Under the pieces are notes generated by a model. It saw only the letters and a list, made by a program, of their open reading frames with translations, did no database searches and was not told where the DNA came from. The position numbers were made by a program, and so were the translations under genes. A stretch of 63,543 nucleotides of DNA, filler included, from Cystobasidiomycetes sp. EMM_F5 (lineage: Eukaryota), in the NCBI GenBank assembly GCA_051047955.1. It is 20 parts of 20 records of this genome, joined end to end, with 100 filler letters (N's around TTAATTAATTAA, not from the genome) between each part and the next. Parts side by side here need not be neighbours in the genome. Positions count along the whole stretch, not along the records: positions 50,816 to 53,401 come from JBPGPT010000115.1; positions 53,502 to 56,052 come from JBPGPT010000116.1; positions 56,153 to 58,650 come from JBPGPT010000117.1; positions 58,751 to 61,239 come from JBPGPT010000118.1; positions 61,340 to 63,543 come from JBPGPT010000119.1; 15 more parts are not named here. One strand, 5' to 3'. Below are positions 52,449 through 63,543 of the stretch, in pieces; the first letter of the stretch is position 1; the number at the start of each line of letters is the position of its first letter.

Positions 52449-53345
52449 TGTCGTTAGAGATCAATGAGGACAAATACGACACAAAACTCCCGAACTCGGT
52501 AGTTTTTAGGTGCAAAATACGATACAAAACTACCGAACTCGGTAGTTTTTAGGTGTGAAATACGACACAAAACTACGAACTCGGTAGTTTTTAGGTGCAA
52601 AATACGACACAAAACTACCGAACTCGGTAGTTTTTAGGCGTGAAATACGACACAAAACTACCGAACTCGGTAGTTTTTAGGAGCGAAGTACGTTCATACA
52701 GGCGGAGAAGACCGGCAGAGTTTCTGGCTCATTGTCATGCCTCGACTCAGTTGGAGTAACTCGAACCTAACTCGAACCTCTCTCGAAGTCTCGAGTCCCA
52801 CCTCGAGTCGGCTGGCTCACTCGACATACTCTCGACTTCACTTCTGTACCTTCGACTATCTATACGATACACCAATACACGCATTCTGGCTCTCCACTCC
52901 ACTTGTACTTTACTCGTAACATCCCTACTCCACTCGACCACTCTCCAACCTAGGCACAACCAACACACTTCGCCTCGAATCTCATCGGCTCCCATCCGCA
53001 CACCTTATTTACACTCTAGCAAGTTAGTTCCACTTCCGACAGTCTTCTCGTTCCCCTCTTGTTAGTCTTCGAACTATTCCGTGTTAGTCCCGAGAAGTTC
53101 TGCCGTCGATAACCTAGTAAGCCCATAAAAAGCACTCTGTTGTAGCAAGCTACTCTTAGTTCCTCAGTTTCAGAATCGTGTTCACTCAATCATAGCCCCC
53201 TCTCATCTATATCTCAGTCTGAGCTCATCTTGCCCACTTCTTCCTTCGACAACATCTCTCGAACTACTTCGAGTGCTTCTCGAACCGCTTCGAGTCCCCT
53301 CGAGAATATCCCTCGACCTTAGTCCTGCATTACCAGCAGCTAACA
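52449..53345 (+). mobile_element. Probable retrotransposon LTR (about 0.9 kb)
   Basis: Polypurine tract AAAGAGGGGGGG (52432-52443) just before TGTCGTTAG; possible end CAGCTAACA at 53345; TATA-like CATAAAAAG near 53124; non-coding. Confidence 0.45.
52472..52681 (+). repeat. Tandem array of five 43-bp units, each with an 11-bp-arm palindrome
   Basis: Unit AAATACGACACAAAACTACCGAACTCGGTAGTTTTTAGGTGYR starting at 52472, 52515, 52558, 52600 and 52643; core AAAACTACCGA-AC-TCGGTAGTTTT. Confidence 0.95.
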
Positions 53346-53501
53346 CCTTGGCGGTCGCTTTCCCGACTGCACTCCGCCCGACTCGACCCCCTCTCGACCT
53401 CNNNNNNNNNNNNNNNNNNNNNNNNNNNNNNNNNNNNNNNNNNNNTTAATTAATTAANNNNNNNNNNNNNNNNNNNNNNNNNNNNNNNNNNNNNNNNNNN
53501 N

Positions 53502-56052
53502 GCATGGCCCGCACTTCAGGATGCCAAGCCTCGAAGTGATGCACGATGCCCGAAAGGTAGGATTCGACGGTAGCCGGAGAAAGTCCGTTGCCGCACATGT
53601 ATAGTATAAATTTCTCAAAATTCGCCGGGCTTGGCCGCAGCTCGAAGCCATGCTGTTGGCAAAACGTGATGTAGCTTCTCAACGCCGAGTCGTAGGACCG
53701 TTTCGTGCCCGGCTCTAGCGCTAGCGCGATGGCAATTGTACGTTCCTCCTCAAACTTTTGAGGAGACCAGGTCAGCCTACTGGGTTGCCGTCCCTGTACT
53801 GACCTATTCCCTTGACCGCTCATGCAATCGCCCCCTCCAGATCGGGGGGGTTGATTGCGTGTATTTTCAGTCTCCTTTCAAAATTCCTTGCTGCGTCTAG
53901 CAGCCCTCGCGATAGCGCGTCCGCAATTGTGTTCTTGATGCCTGGCAAATGCAGGACCCGAGGCGTGGTCGACCGTGCTAGCTGTAGTAGTGTCCAGGCC
54001 CTGATTATGGGTCGAGTTCCTTCCGTCGGTCTATGAGACGCATAGAGATCGACCGAGTTCATAGAATCAGTATATATGAGCAAGCGTTTCACGTTGCTGC
54101 GAGCCATAGCTGCCGCCGCCAGCACGCAGGTGGCCTCCGCTTCATAGATAGATTTATTCCTATACTGCCCATAATACGCCATAAGAGACTGCGGATCCCA
54201 GAAGCCAAAACCGTTAGGGCACGCGTCGCATATGAACGTTTGCTCCGCCTCGTCGGGCCTCCAGGATTCTGCTTCTAGAAGTCGCAGCCCATCCATTGTT
54301 TCGAAGCATCGGGCTAGCCAAGCCAAATCTTCCTTCATGATTTTATTCACGGGAACCTTAGCCCGGCCCCATTCTTTGCCCGCTATCTTGTCCCAAGAGC
54401 TTTGTAGGGCCCATCGACCCATCGGAAAGACATTGAGCGCCCATGAAGCCCAGCCCGTTAGCTGCTGTACCTCCCTTAGTGTCCGATGGGGCTGGTCGCC
54501 GAATTCACGTAACGCTTGCACCAAGGCGGCTCGTTTCGAAGCCTCCATTGAGATAGTCAGGTCTGCTGTGTTTACCATGAAGCCGATGATTTCCAGCTCT
54601 TGGCTGTGCAGTTGTTTGTCCCATGACCAAGGAATCCGTACGCGATTCAGAAGGGTTAGAAATCGCGCTTGAGCGAGCGGGACCAATCGACCACCGAATG
54701 GGATGAGGATATGTGCGGGTTCTAAACCCCATGCGTCATCCATGAACGCATGCAGACAATTAATGGACATTTTTCGCGTCGCAATCCATAATATGAGCGA
54801 GAAAAATGTACACCATATCCGAGGAGAGGCGGCGTTTCCGAAGACCATGTTCCTGTCCACATGGTACGCATCGTCCACCTTGACCACTTGTTTGATCTGC
54901 CACAGTCTATGCATAGGTAGCAGCCGGAAGGCCGAAGAGACATCGGACTTCCAGGCAATAGGTGGCCGATTTCGCTTGGGATCTCTTGCAGCATGAACCA
55001 GCCACGGTGCAAAAGCGTGCATGGTATCATAGTGAACGATTCGCTCTGACCGCGGGATCAAGTCATTCAAAGATGCAGTACCTGCGCTATGATCTGTGAT
55101 GAGGCGGAGTTTCTCCGAGCGGGGCTTTGGTACTAGACCCAGAGGGGTCACTCGCATGCCGGGCTGGAGAGTGACGAATGCTTCGGAGAATCTCCGAGCC
55201 TCAATCTCAGAGTCTCGCTGATCCCGTAGGACTTGTGGCTTCAGAGAACATGAGGAGTGGTTCGCCAGCGCTATTGGTTCGGACACCGTCTCAACATCGG
55301 CGTACGGCCAGAAGCCATTCCGCAAGCCCTTGAGCGTCGATACTACCAGTGGGCGATTCGGATGATCCTTTAATAGAATTTCCAACTGCTCGACGTCAAT
55401 CGGAGTCACGATTCTGAATAGCTCTGGTCGCGCAGCCAAGGTAGCTTGAGCTATCTGATCTTCCACAACCCCTATGGGTGGATCTGGAAAGGGCGGAGCC
55501 GTCAGAGAGAAATCAGCGGCCGGCCTTTCCAAAAGCTCCTCGTTCCATCGCCAAGCGAATCCCCGAAGATACCGTGGTTTAAGCGCCTTTTGCTCGTGGT
55601 TGTGTAGCGCAGCTTCCACTGGCTGATCCGTGGTTATCGCTACCGCAGCTATCGCATATGTGCTTATAGCGACAACGCTGCAGGTCGCACCCATCGTTGT
55701 TGAACTTGCGGCAGATTGGGCGGTCTCCGACTGCGGATTCGAGCGCCTTGGGTCCTGTCGTGACTGAGAAATGTCTTGTGTACAAAGGCCGGAACGTCGA
55801 GTGGTCAAAGTCGGCCATCGATAATTGAGGTACCACTGCCAGGCGCTGGCGGACGTCGGCATCGTAGCGGAGGACTTGCCGATGAACGGTGATTGGGAGG
55901 TCGGTGAAGAAGTTGGAAATATGTCGCTCGTACGCTCGCAAAGCTTGATGGAGGCAAGGAAATATCTCTTGCACTGCATCCGAGTAACGGGTGAAAGCGA
56001 TGACCCATTGACCATGCGTCTGCAAGGGAACAGAGCGGATGCGGCTGCTGAC
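53502..56052 (-). mobile_element. Tyrosine-recombinase retrotransposon (DIRS/Ngaro-like): gag-like ORF, RT/RNase H ORF, YR ORF
   Basis: ORF1 (to 55579) ends in CRKFNNDGC..C.YKHIC..CG...H zinc finger; ORF2 (to 53820) has PLGLVPK, KSDVSSAFR, FGNAASP, FMDD, CDAC, YTDS, N.IADALSR; ORF3 (from 53823) has T.RSY.SA..SY..FC...TVESYLSGI, the YR N-terminal SAM-like domain. Confidence 0.92.
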
Positions 56053-56152
56053 NNNNNNNNNNNNNNNNNNNNNNNNNNNNNNNNNNNNNNNNNNNNTTAA
56101 TTAATTAANNNNNNNNNNNNNNNNNNNNNNNNNNNNNNNNNNNNNNNNNNNN

Positions 56153-57193
56153 TCTGTCGTGGCATCGTGCCGGTCCTTGCGATGTTTCCAGACCGGATCG
56201 CCACAAAGGTAATCCAATTCAAGCACAAGATACCCTGTATATCGGGCATATTCGCCGTTTGGATCGAGAGGCGTATTTTTCTGGAGGACATCAGACGAAC
56301 CAGTTTCGGCGAATCCATCCATAACCAACAGAGATTAGGAGACATGCAGCACGTCAGAAAATAGAATCGGTCACAGAATTGCTGCAGGGGAATGTGAGAT
56401 AATGAGCGTAAGTCAGTGAAACGTGGGCAAAACATAGCGAAATGTGGCCGTTGGCCGTTTTCAGCAAGGGCGACGTGATGTACGCCCCCACCCAAGGGAC
56501 ACAGTCTTCTAACAGCCAACTGGAGTGCCACGGTGCATTGAGTGCCTGTGGCGCGTTTCCAGATGGCTTTGCTCATTTGCAGCCGCTCGCGCGTGCACAG
56601 TCGTTAAGTCTAGCGATGCGGCAGTGTCCGTCTTGCAGGGCAAGTCAGTTAAAGGTGACTCAAGCCGCTACGTTTGCAGCTGCCCCGCTCGAACTGCCAC
56701 CAGCAACTCGTGTCGTATCAACAGGGTTGTGTACAGGACCAGAGTGCGAATGTATGCCGTAGGAGCCCATTCCAAACTCATCCATGTTGGTCTTGCCGAT
56801 TATTCGACTGCCGGCTTCGCGTATGAGGCGCACAACGGTCGCATCGTACGGGGATTGATAGTCTGCTAGCATGCGCGAAGCGCATGTCGTTGAAATCCTT
56901 TGATCATTTTGCTCCAAAGCTGGAGCTGTTGATGAAAGCAATCCAGTTGCAAGAGACGGCTTTGAAGCTATGCATATATTGTCTTTGATGCTGATGGAAA
57001 GGTGTGAGAGACGGCCAGGGGCGGCTTGGCTGTTCAAGGCGCGGGTTTCTTCTGCGAAACGAGTGATGAACGCATTGTAAGGGTCAAGCCTGGCAGCGTT
57101 GCTGTTGAAGCGGACCAAGCGGGGTGCTTTCAGTGCAACAAGAGTGGCATTATGTGCAGCAGTGGAGTGACTACTGCCTATCCGCCTTTGCAT
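56153..57193 (-). CDS. gatA: Glutamyl-tRNA(Gln) amidotransferase subunit A (mitochondrial GatA-like amidase), 3' truncated
   Basis: Basic transit-peptide-like N-terminus; [45 protein letters not shown]. Confidence 0.8.
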
Positions 57194-57379
57194 CCATGCA
57201 AGACGTCAGCTTCGTATCAGTCTGAAAGAACCAGGCGATCAAGCTGATGGAGACCAATTCGAAGCAAACCAATCTTCTCCATCTTCAGACTGCCAAATAT
57301 GTACACTTGACATGCTCACGCTGCCCCATCCGAGTCATTACTTCCACCTTCGTTGGCTAAGAAGTCCTGCAGCTCTGTA

Positions 57380-58650
57380 ATGCCACTGTCGCAATGGCAA
57401 AGTTCGACGACGACCAAATATACGGCTCTTCCATCTCGTCTAGGACGAGATACCTCAGAAGCGGATCAGGAGCATGATTCAGAATCAATCCTCCTTCCGC
57501 AGCTAGTACCCGCAGGTTCCGCATTGAATGGTCGACGCGTATCGAGGTCACTTGGAAGACGCGTATGGCAGAAGCACGGAACTCCCTGGCTTCGCGCAGC
57601 CTCTGCTGCTGCTCCTTTCCTCCTGTTATGCGCGGTAGTCATCGTGTGGTCAAAGTCAGACATGCGCAGAGTCAACATAATCGTAATGCAAATGTCTTGC
57701 CTTCCAATACCCTGGTGGTACTTCTATTTCCCTAGTACCGACGTCCTTTACTTTGACACGGATAATCTATACGTTCCTCCTTCTCCGAAGCAACAGGTCG
57801 GCCGCCCTGACATCACAATGGTACAAGTCTGCAGTCATCCATACGCCGACAGCGTTTATTTGGCTGCACTTCTCGAAAGTCACACAGCGTATGCTCGCCG
57901 TCATGGCTACGAGTATACTCTGCTTGGACAGGGCGATAGTGCAAGGCAAGGAATGTGGAGAAAGACTGAGGCTCTGGCTCAAGCTGTCCAAAAGCAGCTC
58001 GACAGACCAAAAGAGCGACAAGCAGAATGGCTTTTGTGGGTCGAGCAATGTACAAGGTACTCTGTGCGCGGCTAACATCGTCGTAACGGGCTTGCAGTTA
58101 CAGCGATTCCGACACATTTTTCGCAAATCCTGTCGCACCGCTCGCAATCCTGCTCCCTCCGTCTACACAGAAACCCCCGTTCATTCTAATCAGTGGTGAG
58201 TTGTGTGCATGACTTGCATTGACACGCGCTGATACGATCTGCAGAGGATTGGAATGGCTTGAATGCTGGCACATTCTTTCTTCGTGTGGATCCGCGGTCT
58301 ACTGCCTTTGTGCAACAGGTTTTAACGTTTCCTACGCACCATGCGAACGTCACTCTACCATTCGCTGAGCAGAGCGCAATGCTCTATCTTGCGCAAGAGC
58401 AACACCTCGTTGACAGCGGCGAGATGGTCTATATTCCCCGAGATTGGATCAACTGCTACGATGGAGAACGGGCGAGTAGAGCTGATCACGATAGTATTCA
58501 GCTCCATTTCCCCCGGCTCGACAGGAAAGTACGGGAGCTATTGCCCTTGCTAGATAAGCAGTTGGCCGGCCAGCTATCAATTGACGAGAAGGAGTTGCTC
58601 GCAGCCGGACGCCAAATCGCCGAGGATGCTCAGCGCTTCTGGCAGTCGAA
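57380..58650 (+). CDS. Type II membrane glycosyltransferase, GT34 (MNN10/GMA12-like), 3' truncated
   Basis: Single TM segment; HTAYARRHGYEY, W.K...L, EWLLW..DSD(T) DxD across an intron, DWNGLNAGTFFLRV, AEQSAM, W.NCY, LHFP. Confidence 0.82.
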
Positions 58651-59459
58651 NNNNNNNNNNNNNNNNNNNNNNNNNNNNNNNNNNNNNNNNNNNNTTAATT
58701 AATTAANNNNNNNNNNNNNNNNNNNNNNNNNNNNNNNNNNNNNNNNNNNNATTTGCCGACATTGCCGCTCTGGACCTCGTCTCCTCAAGTTTTGAGCAAG
58801 AATCGGCGCCGATATCGCTCATTCAGCGGAATACCGCGGAGCAGAAACTCAGGGGATGGGTAGCGCGTCCTGAAAGCCGCTTCGCGCTTTGGCACAGCGC
58901 AAGATATCTGCAAGACGCTCTTGGCAGTGTGCATGCCTTTACTTCCATCCTAAGCGCTAGGGCAATATTGTGCGCTGCGAGAATTTTACAGATCACTTGC
59001 ACGATGCAGCAGAAACATGTGGTCATGTCTGGCTTTAACCGACAATCCTCGTCGTCCAGTCTCGATGAGTCACCCATGATGGCAAGTGCCCTGACGGGAA
59101 CGGTGCGTGTGTTTGCCATATTCCACGTACCTGATGTTCTGAAACATCTTGTAGGTTCCCACCTTCCTGGCTTCTTTGACGGAACAGGTACCGGATTGTC
59201 TCGAAATCCCGGCTCACTGTAGTAACGCACTATTGAGTACCCTCGAGGCCGCCTCTACGGAGTTGCAGCGGTTCCCGGGAGCCGATGCACTATCAGGCTG
59301 TGTCGAACTTACAGTGATGTGTCAAGGGCTACGTATAGCTGGGGTGAATCCGGGCGCAAGAGATCTGTACTTTTGGACCCCGTCTGCTCAGATTATTGCT
59401 TGAGGTAGCTGCGTAGCTAGTATACAAGGCAATGGTACCGGATCTATGGTCACTATGGT

Positions 59460-61052
59460 CTACTCGTGCAAAGCCTTTCGTATCGCTTCGACTGTATCGG
59501 CTTGCCACTGTGCTCCTCCAGAAACGGCCTTTGCTTGCTGAATCACTGGGTGAGCCATTCCCTTATAGCATTTGTATGTACACTGAACGCCGTGCTCGAC
59601 CAGCTTTCGAGCATACGCGGCACCTTCGTCTCTGAGAATGTCAACGTCCGCAGTGCCGATGAAAGTTGGAGGGTCTAAAAGATGACATCGACAAGTGGCA
59701 TGCTGAGTGAAGGCCGAGAATCGCCTTAAGGGGCATGACCTACGCTTCGCCAGCAGATCTTCCGGCGCGAGCATTGGGCTGGCCTGCCAGTGCAATCGAT
59801 GTTCTGGGTTTGGAATGAAGAGGTTGCGGTACCACAGCATCTTGCTCTTTGGCAGAGCTGGCAAGTCATGTTAAGCTGCGTCAGAGCAATCGTTACTGGC
59901 AGTGATGATGACGAATTGCTCACCTGGAGCATACGCATTCTCGCTCCAAGATGGATAGTCGTTCCAAGTAGAGCTTCCGAGGTGTGGCTCTCCAGCCGTG
60001 TTATCTAATACCGGCTGCGGACGGACGGAGATCAGCCGGCATACGCGTTGAAATCGTTTCAGTGAGCTGACACAATTCATCATGTTGAGCTTGAAGCTTA
60101 TGCTCGGTGCGTACTGCTGCGTCAGGAGCAAATTGATCATCGTAGCCGAAAGATGGCCCCCAGCGCTGGCGCCTCCGATAACCCTGAAGATGAATGCAGT
60201 TCAGCCGCTATATTCAACAGACCGCAGAAGGAGGTGCTTCCGTGTCGGCGGTAAATAGACGCCTACATTCTCGAGTTGTCTGTACCGAGGGTCGTGGGAC
60301 CATCGTACCACAGCCAGAGGAGCACTTCCCAGCACTAGATCAGGCCCGGTCAGTCGAGTTGCGCGCGACGGTGTCGTAGCAGACCAGAAGCGGGTGACTA
60401 ACGTCTTCTACTGCAGCAGGATATGGCCAATCTGGGGCCATCCGGTACTCAACCGACACCACGACCGTTTGCGCGCCTTGACAAATTCGAGTGTAGGTAC
60501 TCTCCTCCGACGTGCGGTTGCCGAGCACCCAGCCTCCGCCGTGAATTAGATATGTGATCGGCCATCCGCCTCGCGGACGTTGACCCTGTGGGTACCAAAC
60601 GTGAACCTGTATATCTGGCAAGTCACCCGCAGTGTGTCGCCGGCTGATGGAGAAGTCTGGATGATAATCGAAATATACATGGATATGCGTTGCATGATGC
60701 ATAGACATTGGCCCGTGTTCGGTATGGACGCCTTCAGGACAGCGTGACGCACCTTCTTCACGGCCAACGGGCACCGGAGCGAGGTCGCCTGCTTGATAAC
60801 TTCCGACGTTTCTGGTGGTATGTGAAAGTTGTAGGTCAGTCCAAGTTGCGACCACGGCAATCCTGCGCTTGACCACTGCATATGACAGGCTCGTTACCTT
60901 TTGAATGTTCCCGGCGGTAACTCCTGCACTTGAGGTTGACCGAGGTAATTTGCATTGTAAAGTGCCACGTATTCGGGATCCAGTCTTGAGGCTACAGAGG
61001 GATGCAGTTCACCGCCAGAAGGCGGGGCAATAACCAAGAGCGAGGCTGTCAT
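59460..61052 (-). CDS. Alpha/beta hydrolase (Abhydrolase_3 esterase/lipase), multi-exon
   Basis: LHPSVASRLDPEYVALYN start, IHGGGWVLG, VEYRMAPDWPYPAAVED, GASAGG (about 60157-60175), DILRDEG..YARKL, GMAHP. Confidence 0.9.
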
Positions 61053-61339
61053 GATAACTCGATGTAATTCGGCTCCTCCTTGGCTGCGAACAATATCTGC
61101 AAGTAGTATTCACCAACAAGCCTTCGTCCTTGCAGCTAGATGATCATACGACTGACATCTTTCCGTTCCATATCCTTCTGAGGAGGCGCGACCTCCGGCG
61201 GGCCTGAAGTGGGGGCGCTGAGGCGGCTTTGGAGGCGCANNNNNNNNNNNNNNNNNNNNNNNNNNNNNNNNNNNNNNNNNNNNTTAATTAATTAANNNNN
61301 NNNNNNNNNNNNNNNNNNNNNNNNNNNNNNNNNNNNNNN

Positions 61340-63543
61340 GCCATAGTTCTGCATCTGGCAGTTTCATTGCGGCAGAGTATGTCAAGGGTTCTGTGGCTTC
61401 CACAAAGTTTGCATGTTGTGTACCGTCGAAGTACATTTCATCATCCGAAGTGTTGTCTTCAGCTGCGCCAATATCTGGTTGAGGTCGTTCAATGTGAGCA
61501 TGTCGATATTGCAGTACAGGCGCTGGTTCGGCCGACGGGAGTCTGTTTGCAACTCGTTGACTTCGCCGTGGCATTCGTGGAGGCTCGATGCGTCGATACT
61601 GATTTTCTGGAGTACCAGGGCGCAGTATATTTGGCTCCGGAACGTTAAAATCGCCATTATTTATTTGGGGATTTATTGGGATTTCTTGGTTATTTCTCGC
61701 TGGATGCTGGTCAGACTTGTGTTGTAAAGTGTCAATGGATTCTGCATCATCCGTGGAGATGGTGGTAGACGCCACACGAAGCTGAGATAGGGCTGGCGTC
61801 TTGTGATCGTCTGATTTCTCCTCAAGAAATATTGCATCGCGACTTGCGATAATTTTCTTTGTTGCGGGATCATAGAACCGCCACGCTTTCATGCCAAGTT
61901 CATAGCCAAGGAATATGCATTTCCTAGAGTGTGGACGCAGATGTTTGCGATCGTGTTTCATTACGTGGACATAAGCTGGGCATCCGAAGACTCGTAGGTG
62001 ATTGACATTTGGTTTGCGAAGGTTGTATCGCTCAAAAGGGGTAGATTCGGGCACCGCGACTGTCGGGCTGATGTTGTGGAGGATACCGTAAGTTTGTAAT
62101 GCTTCCCCCCAATACGAGTCGGGGAGGCCAGCGTCTTGTAGCATTGCGATGAGCCTTTCTTCCGTCGTTCGATTCAGTCGTTCAGCGACTCCGTTCTGCT
62201 GAGGTGTTGCGGTCGCAGTACGTTGTCGCTCGATACCTGACTCTTGATACAAACGCTTGAATTCACCAGACTGATATTCGCCGCCTTTGTCATCACGAAC
62301 AGTGCGTATACGTAGACCCGTTTGGTTTTCGACCAATAATTTCCAGATGCGAAAGGTCTCAAAGACATCGGACTTGCGTTTAATTGGATAGAACCATGCA
62401 TAGCGTGAGTAGTCATCGATAAAAGTGACCCAGTACTTATAGCCTGACAAAGTAGCGACAGGAAGCTCGTGCACGTCTGTATGTATGAGTTGTAATCTTT
62501 CGGATGCACGAGATGAAGACGAAGGGAACGGGTCTCTATGGTGCTTGCCGAGTATGCATGATTCGCAGCAGGGTTTAGTAAGCTTATCATCGATGTGAAG
62601 ACCATCCGCCAGGTTTCCATCAGCAAGCTGACGAAGTTTGCTGTGCGCGATGTGACCTAGCCTGCGATGCCAAAGCGTAGACGATAACAAGGCAGTGTTT
62701 ACTGAAGATGAAGTTGATGGCAAAGCATTGCCGGCGAGATAGGCAAGACCGTTGCGCACAATAGCAGTCACGATGCATGTATTTCCGTCGTAGATTGATA
62801 AAGACTGTGATGTACCGGTGAAGGTGAAGTCCGTTTTCGCGGTCATGGCAAGAACCGAAAAGAGATTGCAAGTAATCTCAGGTATGTGCAGAACATCGCG
62901 TAGCATAACTGGATCTCCAGAGGTGGGGCGAAATAAAACGGAGCCAACACCGACAGAATAAATGAATTTGCCGTGCGCTACACGAACAGGCACTCGACTA
63001 GCACGGTACTCTATAAAGTATGACCGATGAGGTGTCATATGAGAGGTAGCGGCTGTATCGGCGACCCATTCGTGAGCAGTCGAATCATCTGACGCGGTGA
63101 GGAGAGCACTGACGGCGTTTGCAATGTTGGCAGAGTGGCCCTTGCGATTGTTGCGATTGTTTTTGCGCTCGTCCTTGCGCTCCGCAGCAAGTCTCTTGAT
63201 CGCTTCACAGTCGGGTGTGTTGTGCGTGTCCGTCTGATGATAGGCGCACCATTTCGTCAATGCAGATGAAGTGACATTGACTGCTTGGGAAGCGGATTCA
63301 CGGGAAGACTCGCGTGACATCATGGCACTCTGCGAAGTGTCATCGTTTTCAAGGTCCTTTGCGATGAACGCATCGCGAACACCCTCGAGTGTGGTCGTTC
63401 CTGAGAACAGAAGATTGGATCGGAGCATGTCAAACTCGGCTGGGAGACCACGAATAGATGCCATAATTTCGAGCTCGTTCTCCAAGTCGTCAAGCGTGAA
63501 GGTGGCTGGGCGCAACGTACGGAGCTTCTGACGTGCCGCATTG
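61340..63543 (-). mobile_element. Second Ty1/copia retrotransposon, gag-PR-IN region, uninterrupted, truncated
   Basis: Gag C-terminus with CxxHx4Hx4C knuckle, WVADTAAT protease, LWHRRLGH...CxxC, IHTDV...DKGGEY...QQNGVAER integrase, LRVFGCPAY, EPLTY start of the RT region. Confidence 0.95.

Noticed and set aside
52472..52681. CRISPR-like array of palindromic repeats
   Set aside because: Units are contiguous and near-identical with no unique spacers; no cas genes; eukaryotic context.

Overview
This window is not one locus. It is 20 short, unlinked contigs (about 2.2-4 kb, in decreasing size order) joined by 100-nt artificial linkers (44 N + TTAATTAATTAA + 44 N), so adjacency across linkers means nothing. 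The source is an intron-rich fungus, probably a basidiomycete (inferred from intron style and cox1 sequence). Contents: (i) three mitochondrial fragments (rnl+trnP+trnN; nad4L-nad5+trnH; intronless cox1; TGA=Trp) rich in small palindromic repeats, one of which sits in frame inside nad5; (ii) ordinary nuclear genes (BVMO-type monooxygenase, fungal TF, lysophospholipase, ALO-type oxidase, three alpha/beta hydrolases, class III aminotransferase, amidase, GatA, GT34); (iii) retroelements (two Ty1/copia, a Ty3/gypsy with a clear -1 frameshift signal, a DIRS/Ngaro tyrosine-recombinase retroelement, two probable long LTRs); (iv) orphan ORFs. The most unusual signal is a ~55-bp element (CCTGACGTC-N18-GACGGTCAA, with a perfect GTTTGAC-G-GTCAAAC palindrome) found five times in two otherwise gene-poor contigs. 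It bounds one 3.2-kb contig as perfect inverted repeats, lies at three contig breakpoints, and in one copy runs into a signal-peptide-like, Cys-rich reading frame. It is a candidate shufflon-like inversion/cassette system, but a TIR transposon end is not excluded. Also notable are three covarying stem-loops with a shared 9-nt loop next to a probable LTR that carries a 43-bp palindromic tandem array.
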